Positions 8,586 to 16,429 of a stretch of DNA of 44,754 nt are shown here, piece after piece. The translations under genes and the position numbers were made by a program. The stretch's first letter is position 1; every line of letters begins with the position of its first letter. The notes under the pieces were generated by a model. That model searched no databases. It had not been told where the DNA came from and saw nothing but the letters and a program-made list of their open reading frames with translations. The stretch is from Actinomycetota bacterium (GTDB taxonomy: Bacteria; Actinomycetota; CADDZG01; JAHWKV01; JAOPZY01). The stretch covers positions 1-44,754 of the forward strand of contig JAOPZY010000119.1 in the NCBI GenBank assembly GCA_025963875.1, written 5' to 3'.

Positions 8586-9083
8586 CTAGAGCGATTCGAC
8601 CCGCCCGCGGCGGACCCGGAAGAACTCCTGGATCAGCCCGGCGCACTCCTCGGCCAGGACGCCGGTGGTGAGGCGGCACTCGTGGTTGAGGCGGGGGTCC
8701 TGGACGATGTTGTACAGCGAGTAGGCGGCCCCCGCCTTCTCGTCGGGCGCCCCGTAGACCACCCGGAACACCCGGGCCGCGACCAGGGCGCCGGCGCACA
8801 TGGGACACGGCTCGACCGTCGAGTACACGGTGACGTCGTGGAGCCTCCAGCGGCCAAGATGCTGCGCGGCGGCCCGGAGGGCGAGCACCTCGGCGTGGGC
8901 GGTTGGGTCCGAGCGGAGCTCGCGTTCGTTGTGGGCGCTTGCCACGACCGCCTCGCCGACCACGGCGACGGCACCGACCGGCACATCGTCGTGCACAGGC
9001 GCCAGATGCGCCTCGGCGAGCGCCAGGCGCATGAACCCGATGTCGCTCAACTCGTTCAAGCGGGTTGCCTGCTCCAGCGCCAT
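8586..9083 (-). CDS. tadA: tRNA adenosine(34) deaminase
   Basis: VPVGAV, DPTAHAE, EPCPMCAGA, GAPDEKAGA motifs. Confidence 0.95.
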   Translation of the reverse strand: MALEQATRLNELSDIGFMRLALAEAHLAPVHDDVPVGAVAVVGEAVVASAHNERELRSDPTAHAEVLALRAAAQHLGRWRLHDVTVYSTVEPCPMCAGALVAARVFRVVYGAPDEKAGAAYSLYNIVQDPRLNHECRLTTGVLAEECAGLIQEFFRVRRGRVESL

Positions 9084-9084
9084 T

Positions 9085-9161
9085 TGGCGCGCCCTGAGGG
9101 ATTCGAACCCCCGACCTTGTGGTCCGTAGCCACACGCTCTAATCCACTGAGCTAAGGGCGC
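9085..9161 (-). tRNA. tRNA-Arg(ACG)
   Basis: GCGCCCT/AGGGCGC acceptor, TGTGG-CTACGGA-CCACA anticodon arm, TTCGAAT, encoded CCA. Confidence 0.96.
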
Positions 9162-9186
9162 TTCTCAACCGATCTTACTCGGGACG

Positions 9187-9275
9187 CGGAGGCAGCGCGA
9201 TTCGAACGCGCGAGGGACTTGCGCCCCAACGGGATTAGCAATCCCGCGCCATAGACCTGACTAGGCGATGCCTCC
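9187..9275 (-). tRNA. tRNA-Ser(GCT)
   Basis: GGAGGCA/TGCCTCC acceptor, CGGGA-TTGCTAA-TCCCG anticodon arm, long variable arm. Confidence 0.95.
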
Positions 9276-9312
9276 GCCCACGATTCTACGGCCTGGCAAG
9301 TCCCCACTCATG

Positions 9313-9394
9313 CGGAGGGCCGGGGATTCGAACCCCGATGACCTCTCGGTCGGCGACTTTCAAGGCCGCTGCGATGCCGTTACGCGAGCCCTCC
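9313..9394 (-). tRNA. tRNA-Ser(TGA)
   Basis: GGAGGGC/GCCCTCC acceptor, GCGGC-CTTGAAA-GTCGC anticodon arm, GACC-GAGA-GGTC variable arm. Confidence 0.93.
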
Positions 9395-9417
9395 GCCGAA
9401 AAGTGTAGACCGCCCGG

Positions 9418-10677
9418 TTACGGAGGGCCGATGACGTCGAAGCCCGTGTACGGCTGGAGCGCTTCGGGGATCCGCACGGACCCGTCCGCCTGCTGGTGGT
9501 TCTCCAGCAGGGCGACGATCGCCCGGCCCACGGCCACCGCCGTGCCGTTCAGCGTGTGCACGAGCTCAGTTCCCGAGTCCCGCTTGGTGCGGATCTGCAG
9601 GCGCCGGGCCTGGTAGTCGATGTCGTTCGAGCACGAGGTCACCTCAAGCCACCGCCCGGTCCCCGGCAGCCACGCCTCGATGTCGAACTTCCGGTAGTTC
9701 GGGGCGGCGAGGTCGCCGGCGCAGATCTCCAGCACCCGGTAGGGGATCTCGAGGGCCTGCCAGATGCCCTCCTCGTGGGCGAGGAGCCGCTGGTGCTCGT
9801 TGTCGGAGTCCTCGGGGAAGCAGAAGGAGAACATCTCGGCCTTGTCGAACTGGTGGACCCGGATGATGCCCCGGGTGTCCCGCCCGTAGGTCCCCGCCTC
9901 CCGGCGGAAGCAGGTGGAGTAGCCGACGTACCGGCGGGGCATCCGGTCCGCGGGCAGCATCTCCCGGGCGTGCATCGAGGCGATGGGCACCTCCGCCGTG
10001 CCGGCAAGGTAGAGGTCGTCGTCGGCGCAGCGGTAGACCTGGGCCTCGTCGGTGGGGAAGAAGCCCGTGCCGAACATGGCCTCGGCCCGCACGAGCACGG
10101 GCGGGATCACCGGCACGAAGCCGTCGGGCATCAGCCGGTCCATCGCCATGCGCACGAGGGCGAACTCGAGCAGGACCGCGGGGCCGAGCAGGTAGGCGAA
10201 ACGCGAGCCCGACACCTTGGCCGCCCGCTCGGTGTCGATGATCCCCAGGCCCTCGCCGATGTCCATGTGGTCCTTCGGGGTGAAGTCGAAAACCGGCGGC
10301 GACCCGACGGTGCTGACGAGGCGGTTGGACTCGTCGCCGAAGCCGTCCGGGGCGTCGGGGTGGACGAGGTTGGGGACCTCGATGAGGGCGTGGTCGAGTT
10401 CGGACCTGATCTCCGCCAGTTCGGCCTCGAGCTGTTTCAGCCGGTCGGAGAGCCGCTTCATCTCGGCAATTGCCTGCGATTTTCCCGGCCCCCGAGCCTC
10501 GGCGATCCGCTTGCCCGCGGCGTTCTGCTCGGCGCGGGCCGCCTCGACCTCCTGCAGCAGGGCGCGGTAGCGGCTGTCCAGTTCGATCAGGTGGTCGAGG
10601 TCCACCTTGGCCCCCCGCCGCTCCAGGGACGCGCGGACGAGGCCGGGGTCGGTACGGAGCAGCCTGACGTCGATCAA
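9418..10677 (-). CDS. serS: Serine--tRNA ligase
   Basis: N-terminal coiled coil, GTAEVP, CFRREAG..TRGIIRVHQF, EVTSCSN, HTLNGT. Confidence 0.98.
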   Translation of the reverse strand: MIDVRLLRTDPGLVRASLERRGAKVDLDHLIELDSRYRALLQEVEAARAEQNAAGKRIAEARGPGKSQAIAEMKRLSDRLKQLEAELAEIRSELDHALIEVPNLVHPDAPDGFGDESNRLVSTVGSPPVFDFTPKDHMDIGEGLGIIDTERAAKVSGSRFAYLLGPAVLLEFALVRMAMDRLMPDGFVPVIPPVLVRAEAMFGTGFFPTDEAQVYRCADDDLYLAGTAEVPIASMHAREMLPADRMPRRYVGYSTCFRREAGTYGRDTRGIIRVHQFDKAEMFSFCFPEDSDNEHQRLLAHEEGIWQALEIPYRVLEICAGDLAAPNYRKFDIEAWLPGTGRWLEVTSCSNDIDYQARRLQIRTKRDSGTELVHTLNGTAVAVGRAIVALLENHQQADGSVRIPEALQPYTGFDVIGPP

Positions 10678-10705
10678 CCGGCGGTTGGGGAAAGGGTGAC
10701 CGTGG

Positions 10706-11317
10706 TCAGCTGGACGAAGAGGGCGACGACGGCGAGGAGGGCTGGGAGGCCGGAACGGCGGCGGGCTTCTTCGCCCCGCCGTCCATGATCGACTGCCCCG
10801 AGAAGATCGCTCCCTGGCTCACGATCAGCGACCGGCAGGTCAGGTTGCCCTCGACCCGTGCTGTGGCCGTGAGCTCGATCGTCCCCGTGGCGATGACGTT
10901 GCCCTTGTAGTGCCCCCCGAGCGTGGTGTTGGTGGACTTGATGTCGGCGGACACCTCGGCCTCGGGGGCGATGATCACGTCGCCCTCGGCGGTGATCGTG
11001 CCCGTCACCGTGCCCTCGATGCGCAGCGATGCCGCGGCGATCAGCTTGCCCTCCAACCGGGCTCCGTTGCCGATGACCGTCACGGTCTGATCGGAGCCGG
11101 TGCGCGGCACGGCCTGGATGGACTCTGGTCGGTGACTCACATCCGCCTCCTTCGTCTGGGGGGCCTTGGTGTAGGCGGCCGCACTCTGGGCGGGCCGGTT
11201 CGATGGAACGATGGTCTGCTTCGGCGCCGCGGGCGGCGGGTTGGGTGCTGCTGGCTCGGTGCTCGGATGAATGTCCGGTTCGGGATCCTGCGTCCACAGG
11301 AACCTGCGACGGATCAC
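10706..11317 (-). CDS. Bactofilin (polymer-forming cytoskeletal protein)
   Basis: TVIG.GA.LEG....LRIEG.V.G.I..EGDVII...A.V...I......G...GNV.A....EL..TARVEGNL....L.V..GAIFSG...M beta-helix pattern; strong GGAGGTGAGG SD. Confidence 0.9.
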   Translation of the reverse strand: MIRRRFLWTQDPEPDIHPSTEPAAPNPPPAAPKQTIVPSNRPAQSAAAYTKAPQTKEADVSHRPESIQAVPRTGSDQTVTVIGNGARLEGKLIAAASLRIEGTVTGTITAEGDVIIAPEAEVSADIKSTNTTLGGHYKGNVIATGTIELTATARVEGNLTCRSLIVSQGAIFSGQSIMDGGAKKPAAVPASQPSSPSSPSSSS

Positions 11318-11321
11318 GACC

Positions 11322-11834
11322 TCACCTCCTCGCCTTGACCTTCGTCCTGTTCCGTTTCGACCCGGTCATCGCTTCGTCGATGGCCTTGCGCTCCTCTGGC
11401 GACAGGCCCATCTCGGATTCCCCCTCCTCGATGATCTTTGCGTAGGCCCGAGCCTCCATCCGCCCGCTGATCGCCGAGAGGACCAGCCCGCTGCCGTGGT
11501 CGTCCATCAGCGCGGCCGAGAACGACAGGCGGCCACCCATGTCCTCGAAGGCGTCGTAGCGGACCACCGCGATGTTGCGGACCGACGACGCCAGGTGAGC
11601 GTAGAGGTCGTCCTGGCGCTCGATGATCCGGTTGAGGCCGTCCTCGAAGAGCTGAAGGTCCTTCCCGTACGTCGCGACGACGTCGAGCAGCGTCTTCCCG
11701 TTCGACGATCCCTGGAGGACGGCGAGCGAGCGCCTGGCCACCGCCAAGCGACGGTGCGCCGAGAGGGCCACAGCCAGCGCGACCGCGGCGAGTCCACCCG
11801 ACGCGGCGATGAGGACGATTGTCTCCCGATTCAT
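11322..11834 (-). CDS. DUF4446 family membrane protein
   Basis: N-terminal TM helix, VVRYDAFEDMGGRLSFS.ALMD..GSG, R.YAK.I..G.S...LSPEE. Confidence 0.85.
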   Translation of the reverse strand: MNRETIVLIAASGGLAAVALAVALSAHRRLAVARRSLAVLQGSSNGKTLLDVVATYGKDLQLFEDGLNRIIERQDDLYAHLASSVRNIAVVRYDAFEDMGGRLSFSAALMDDHGSGLVLSAISGRMEARAYAKIIEEGESEMGLSPEERKAIDEAMTGSKRNRTKVKARR

Positions 11835-11956
11835 GTGCCTTCATCTGTAGGCTTGGGGCGAACCCGCTTGGGCGAACCCATAGGATACTTCACCGTCGGG
11901 CCACCGGGCAGGCTATCACCGGGGGGATCCACCGTTCTTCGAGGGAGGTTGCTGCA

Positions 11957-12712
11957 ATCGACGAGGAGACGCTCCGCACGTTGCTCGAGGCCTGTGCCGG
12001 AGGTGCGTTGTCCGTCGACGAGGCCATTCGCGAGCTTCGCTACCTCCCGTACTCCAACCTCGGATTCGCCCGGGTCGACCACCACCGGGAGCTGCGCCTC
12101 GGCCTCCCGGAGGCCGTCTACGGGCCGGGAAAGACCGCCGAGCAGGCGGCTGCCATCGTCGCCGTCCTCCTCGAGCGCAACGTTGGAGCGGTGATCGTCA
12201 CCCGGGCGACCAAGTCCCAGTTCGAGGCGGTCGCCGCGGTCGCTCCCGAGGCCGTGTTCCACGAGGTCCCCGGCCTGGTCGTGGCCCGGTCCCAGCCGGC
12301 GTCGGGCGGGCAGCCGGTCGCCGTCGTGTCCGCCGGCACCGCCGATCTCGCCGTTGCCGAGGAGGCGGCGGTCACGGCCGAGGCGCTCGGGCTCGGTGTG
12401 GAGCGCCTCTACGACGTGGGGGTCGCCGGACTCCACCGCCTGCTCGACGCGCGGGGCGTGCTGGACCGGGCGGCGATCGTGATCGTCGTCGCCGGGATGG
12501 ACGGGGCGCTCGCCAGCGTCGTCGGGGGCCTCGTGGCCGCCCCGGTCGTGGCGGTGCCCACTTCGGTGGGTTACGGGGCGGGGGCCGGCGGGATCGCCCC
12601 CCTGCTGACGATGCTCAACTCGTGCGCTCCGGGCGTCGTGGCGGTCAATATCGACAACGGGTTCGGCGCCGCGGTCTTCGCGGCGATGATGCTGAGGCCC
12701 CGGACGCCGTGA
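11957..12712 (+). CDS. larB: Nickel pincer cofactor biosynthesis protein LarB
   Basis: FARVDHHRELR.G.PEAVY..GKT, AGTADL.VAEEA, DVGVAGLHRL, AGMDGAL, AVPTSVGYG, NIDNGFGA; start either ATC 11957 or TTG 11981. Confidence 0.93.
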   Translation: MDEETLRTLLEACAGGALSVDEAIRELRYLPYSNLGFARVDHHRELRLGLPEAVYGPGKTAEQAAAIVAVLLERNVGAVIVTRATKSQFEAVAAVAPEAVFHEVPGLVVARSQPASGGQPVAVVSAGTADLAVAEEAAVTAEALGLGVERLYDVGVAGLHRLLDARGVLDRAAIVIVVAGMDGALASVVGGLVAAPVVAVPTSVGYGAGAGGIAPLLTMLNSCAPGVVAVNIDNGFGAAVFAAMMLRPRTP

Positions 12713-13890
12713 TCGCCTACCTCGACTGCTTCTCGGGCGCCTCGGGGGACATGATCCTCGCCGCCCTCATCGACGCGGGGGCCGATCTCGCCGCCGTCGA
12801 GACCCAGCTCACGGCGCTCGGCATCCCCTTCGAGCTCACGTTCACCACGGTGCACCGCTGCGGCCTCCGGGCGTGCAAGGTGGACATCTCGGCCCCCGAC
12901 GGCACCTGGACCGTGATGCGGACCTACGCGGACGGCCTCCGCCTCGTCCAGGGGGCCGACCTCGATCCCGAGGTGGCCGCCCGGGCCGCCTCCATCCTCG
13001 GCCGGCTTGCCCGGGCGGAGGCCACGGTGCACGGGGTGCAGGTGGGCGAGGTGCGTTTCCACGAGCTCGACGGCGTCGACACCATCGTCGACGTCGTGGG
13101 CAGCGCCGCCGCCTTCGCGAGCCTGGGGGCCGGCACGGTGGTCGCGTCGCCGGTGGCCACCGGCACCGGGGTTGTCCCGTCCCGCCACGGCCCCCTCCCG
13201 CTGCCGGCGCCGGCGGTGCTGGAGCTGCTCGGCGGGGCGTCGCTCTACGGCCGCACGGTCGAAGCCGAGCTCATCACCCCCACCGGAGCCGCCATCCTGG
13301 CCGAGTACGCCGAGTCGTTCGGCAAGATGCCGTCGATGACGGTGTCCTCCGTCGGCTACGGCGCCGGCACCCGGGAGCTGGAGATCCCCAACGTGCTCCG
13401 CGTCGTGCTCGGCGAGCCATCGGCCGACACGGCCGTCGAACCGGCCGAGGGGGTCGAAGACCGCATGGTCGAGGCGACCGTGGACGACATGAACCCCGAG
13501 CTCTACCCCTTCGTCCTGGAGCGCCTCACGGCGGCCGGCGCCACCGACGCCTGGATCGTCCCCGTCATCGGGAAGTCGGGCCGCCCCGCCCAGGTGATCC
13601 AGGTGCTCGCGCCGCCGCACGCCGAGGAGGCGGTGCGGGACACGCTGATCGCCGAGACGTCGACCATCGGGGTTCGGGTGTCGTCCGTCCGGCGATGGAT
13701 GCTGCCGCGCCGGTGGCTCGACGTCCAGGTCGGCGGCGTCCCCGTCCGGGTCAAGGTGGCCTTCCGGGACGACGTGGTGGTCAACGTCGCGCCGGAGTAT
13801 GCCGACTGCGCCGGGGCCGCCCGGGCCCTCGGCATGCCACTGAAGGAGGTCTACCGGGCCGCCCTCGCCGAGGCCGCCGGCCTGCTCTGA
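12709..13890 (+). CDS. larC: Nickel insertase LarC (single ORF)
   Basis: YLDCFSGASGDM, HG....VRFHE, PLPAPA, ELITPTGAA, EATVDD, GKSGRP, ETSTIGVR, PEYAD; GTGA overlap with larB. Confidence 0.93.
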   Translation: MIAYLDCFSGASGDMILAALIDAGADLAAVETQLTALGIPFELTFTTVHRCGLRACKVDISAPDGTWTVMRTYADGLRLVQGADLDPEVAARAASILGRLARAEATVHGVQVGEVRFHELDGVDTIVDVVGSAAAFASLGAGTVVASPVATGTGVVPSRHGPLPLPAPAVLELLGGASLYGRTVEAELITPTGAAILAEYAESFGKMPSMTVSSVGYGAGTRELEIPNVLRVVLGEPSADTAVEPAEGVEDRMVEATVDDMNPELYPFVLERLTAAGATDAWIVPVIGKSGRPAQVIQVLAPPHAEEAVRDTLIAETSTIGVRVSSVRRWMLPRRWLDVQVGGVPVRVKVAFRDDVVVNVAPEYADCAGAARALGMPLKEVYRAALAEAAGLL

Positions 13891-13911
13891 CCCCATCCAC
13901 GAGGATCGAGA

Positions 13912-13946
13912 TTCTGTTTGACCACGATATATGTGGTGAAACAGAA
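13912..13946. repeat. AT-rich palindrome between larC and the PIN remnant
   Basis: TTCTGTTT-g-ACCAC-gatatat-GTGGT-g-AAACAGAA. Confidence 0.7.
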
Positions 13947-13954
13947 AAAGAATT

Positions 13955-14065
13955 CTAGATCACCTCTGCCTCCGAACTGATCCTCGCCCAACTCCGGTCC
14001 GCCGTCAGCACCTTCGCCGTCTCGGCGTCCACAGCTGCGATGCGGATCGAGAAGTCGGTGACGAA
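13955..14065 (-). pseudogene. Probable remnant of a PIN/VapC toxin gene
   Basis: FVTDFSIRIAAVDAETA-KVLTADRSWARISSEAEVI* resembles the middle and C-terminus of PIN toxins with the LPDA segment missing; no intact N-terminus. Confidence 0.5.
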
Positions 14066-14196
14066 CGGCCCGAAATGGATCCTCGCAGGGCGGGCAGCCG
14101 CGGGTGGGGGATTGGGTGGTGTGCAAGTGTAGGGGAAGGCGTTGCAGCGAGGGCCGGGTTTTAGTAAGCCGACTCGCTTGGGAACCACTCCCCATG

Positions 14197-14228
14197 GGTG
14201 TAGCACCCCCCGGTCGAGGTGATACACT
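14197..14228 (+). promoter_or_regulatory. vapBC operator pair and -10 box
   Basis: GGTGTAGCACC (14197-14207) and GGTGATACACT (14218-14228), 21-bp period; TACACT is 6 nt before ATG 14235. Confidence 0.6.
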
Positions 14229-14234
14229 GGGCAC

Positions 14235-14498
14235 ATGCCGACCACTCGTCCTCGACACTTCGTCACCGAAACCGACGCGCTCGCGGAGGCGCTCAATGAC
14301 GCTGCGGCTCGGTGGCCCGGCTTGAGCCGGGCCCAACTTCTGGTACAGCTGGCGATGGAGGGGCATCGAGCCGCCCAGCGGGTCAACGACGAGCGGCGGC
14401 GACGGCGACTCGCAGCCGTGCATCGCCACAGCGGGGTCTTTACGGGCGCCTATGGGCCAGACTATCTCCGACGACTCCGCGAAGATTGGCCAGCATGA
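14235..14498 (+). CDS. vapB: VapB-like antitoxin
   Basis: 87-aa ORF MPTTRPRH.VTETD...LRRLREDWPA with ATGA overlap into a PIN gene. Confidence 0.82.
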   Translation: MPTTRPRHFVTETDALAEALNDAAARWPGLSRAQLLVQLAMEGHRAAQRVNDERRRRRLAAVHRHSGVFTGAYGPDYLRRLREDWPA

Positions 14499-14881
14499 TC
14501 GTCCTGGATGCCACCGTGATCATCGCTTACCTAGACGGTGACCACGCCCAGCACTCGCGTGCCGAGGAGTTGCTGGCCCGAGAGATCGATGACGATTTCG
14601 CTGCCAACCTGCTCACCTTGGCTGAGGTTCTTGTTGTGCCTGCACGCGATGGCAGACTGGAGCAGGTTCAGGCGGTCCTCCGCGACCTGGACGTGCAGGA
14701 GCTGCTCTTTCCGGCCGACGCTGCCGTTAAGCTGGCGCTCCTGCGAGCGGGCACTGGGCTGAAGATGCCCGATTGCTGCGTCTTGCTGGCGGCCCAGGCT
14801 GCCGGGGCCCGCGTGGCCTCCTTCGACGACCGCCTCAATCGAGTCGCCGTCGATCAGAACCTACCGACCGTGCAGCCCTGA
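14495..14881 (+). CDS. vapC: VapC PIN-domain toxin
   Basis: MIVLDATVIIA, TLAEVL, LKMPDCCVL, VASFDDRL acidic PIN motifs. Confidence 0.9.
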   Translation: MIVLDATVIIAYLDGDHAQHSRAEELLAREIDDDFAANLLTLAEVLVVPARDGRLEQVQAVLRDLDVQELLFPADAAVKLALLRAGTGLKMPDCCVLLAAQAAGARVASFDDRLNRVAVDQNLPTVQP

Positions 14882-14951
14882 TCGCATCACTCCGGCGGCT
14901 ATAGCCGGAGCTGCTTGGCGAGGATCCTTGACCTTGAGGCGCTTGTTGTTG

Positions 14952-15034
<83 letters not shown>

Positions 15035-15194
15035 CCGAGTGAACACCAAGTGAACAAAGTGAACCAGAAACGAGCCGCGAGTGTAGTCGGTCCGGCGGGG
15101 CGGGGACCCCAGGGGAGCCTGAGACGGGGGCCGAGGGCGCCCGGGTATACTCACCGCGGGTCGAAACCCTTTGCCGTGAAGTCTTGGAGGATAC

Positions 15195-15965
15195 CTGGGG
15201 CTCTTCGACGAGTTTGAACGCCGGCTGGAGCGAGTCGTCGACGGGTTCTTTTCCAAGGCTTTCCGCTCCCCGATTCAGCCCGCCGAGATCGGCAGGCGAC
15301 TGCTGCGCGAGATGGAGGGGGCCAAGACCGTGAGCGTGGGTGCCGTCTACGTGCCGAACAGGTACCTGATCCACCTCGGCACGGAAGACTTCGAGCGCTT
15401 CGAGGGGCTCATCCCCACGCTCCAGGAGGAGTTCGGCTCCCTGCTGCGCCGCAGCGCCGCCGAGCGCCGCTGGCACTTCCCTGGCGCCCTGGTCGTCGAC
15501 TTCGCGCAGGATGCCGCGGTTGCGCCAGGACGGTTCGAGGTCTGGGCCGAGCACGACGCCGACGCGGTAGCCCCCGCACCGTCGGAGTCGCTCCGCCGCG
15601 ACGTCCTGCGGCTGACCGGGTCCCAGCCTCCCAAGGAATGGGTGCTGGACTCGGGCCGGCTGGTCATGGGGCGCCTGCCGGCCTGCGAGATCAGCCTCAA
15701 CGACGCCAACGCCTCCCGCCAGCACGCCCAGCTCGTGAAGCGGGAGGACGGCTGGTGGATCGTCGACCTCGACTCGACGAACGGCACGTTCGTGAACGGA
15801 AGCCTGGTGAAGGAACGGCGGCTTGTGCCGGGGGACCGGATCCAGATCGGCAGCAGCAAGCTCGAGTTCGCCACCGAGCAGGCGCCGCCCGCCCCTCCGA
15901 AGGCGCCGCCGCCGTCTGTACCCGAGGCGACACAGGTGGTGTCCAACCCACTGAACGCCGACTGA
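15195..15965 (+). CDS. fhaA: FhaA (DUF3662 + FHA domain)
   Basis: (M)GLFDEFERRLERVVDGFFSKAFRSPIQPAEI N-terminus upstream of ATG 15312; FHA motifs GR, SRQHA, STNGT; probable CTG start. Confidence 0.9.
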   Translation: MGLFDEFERRLERVVDGFFSKAFRSPIQPAEIGRRLLREMEGAKTVSVGAVYVPNRYLIHLGTEDFERFEGLIPTLQEEFGSLLRRSAAERRWHFPGALVVDFAQDAAVAPGRFEVWAEHDADAVAPAPSESLRRDVLRLTGSQPPKEWVLDSGRLVMGRLPACEISLNDANASRQHAQLVKREDGWWIVDLDSTNGTFVNGSLVKERRLVPGDRIQIGSSKLEFATEQAPPAPPKAPPPSVPEATQVVSNPLNAD

Positions 15966-15982
15966 GAGCAGAGGGGAGCCCG

Positions 15983-16429
15983 TTGCCCCAGGTCGCCCTG
16001 ACGATCCTCAAGTACCTTTTTCTGGCACTGATCTTCCTGTTCCTGGCCCGAGCGGTCCGAGCGATGTACCTGGAGATCTCCGGCCCCCGCACGCCGCGGG
16101 CGCCGTCGGCTCCCCCCGCCGCCACGGGACGCGCCGGCAAGCCTCCGGACAAGGTGGCGCTGCTGGTGGGCGGTGAGAAGCCCAAGGTCTTCGACCTCGG
16201 CGAGGAGCTGATCCTGGGGCGCAGCGGCAAGTGCCACATCGTCCTGGGCGACACGTACGCCAGTCAGGTCCACGCCAGGGTCTTCAGCCGAAACGGCCAG
16301 TTCTTCCTCGAGGACATGGGCTCGACCAACGGCACCTACCTCAACAGCCGCAAGGTCACGGCCGCGACGCCGGTCAACCGGGGGGATCGGGCTCGCATCG
16401 GCCGGACCGAGCTGGAGTTCCGCCGTTGA
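15983..16429 (+). CDS. fhaB: FhaB/FipA (TM + FHA domain)
   Basis: TTG start after GAGGGGAG; LTILKYLFLAL helix; GRS, SQVHA, GSTNGT. Confidence 0.9.
   Translation: MPQVALTILKYLFLALIFLFLARAVRAMYLEISGPRTPRAPSAPPAATGRAGKPPDKVALLVGGEKPKVFDLGEELILGRSGKCHIVLGDTYASQVHARVFSRNGQFFLEDMGSTNGTYLNSRKVTAATPVNRGDRARIGRTELEFRR

Noticed and set aside
9313..9394. Possible selenocysteine or suppressor tRNA
   Set aside because: Loop CTTGAAA gives anticodon UGA (reads Ser UCA), not UCA, and the acceptor stem is 7 bp
6056..14951. Integrative elements at the tRNAs
   Set aside because: No integrase or transposase and no duplicated 3' end of Ser(CGA) or Leu(CAG) seen
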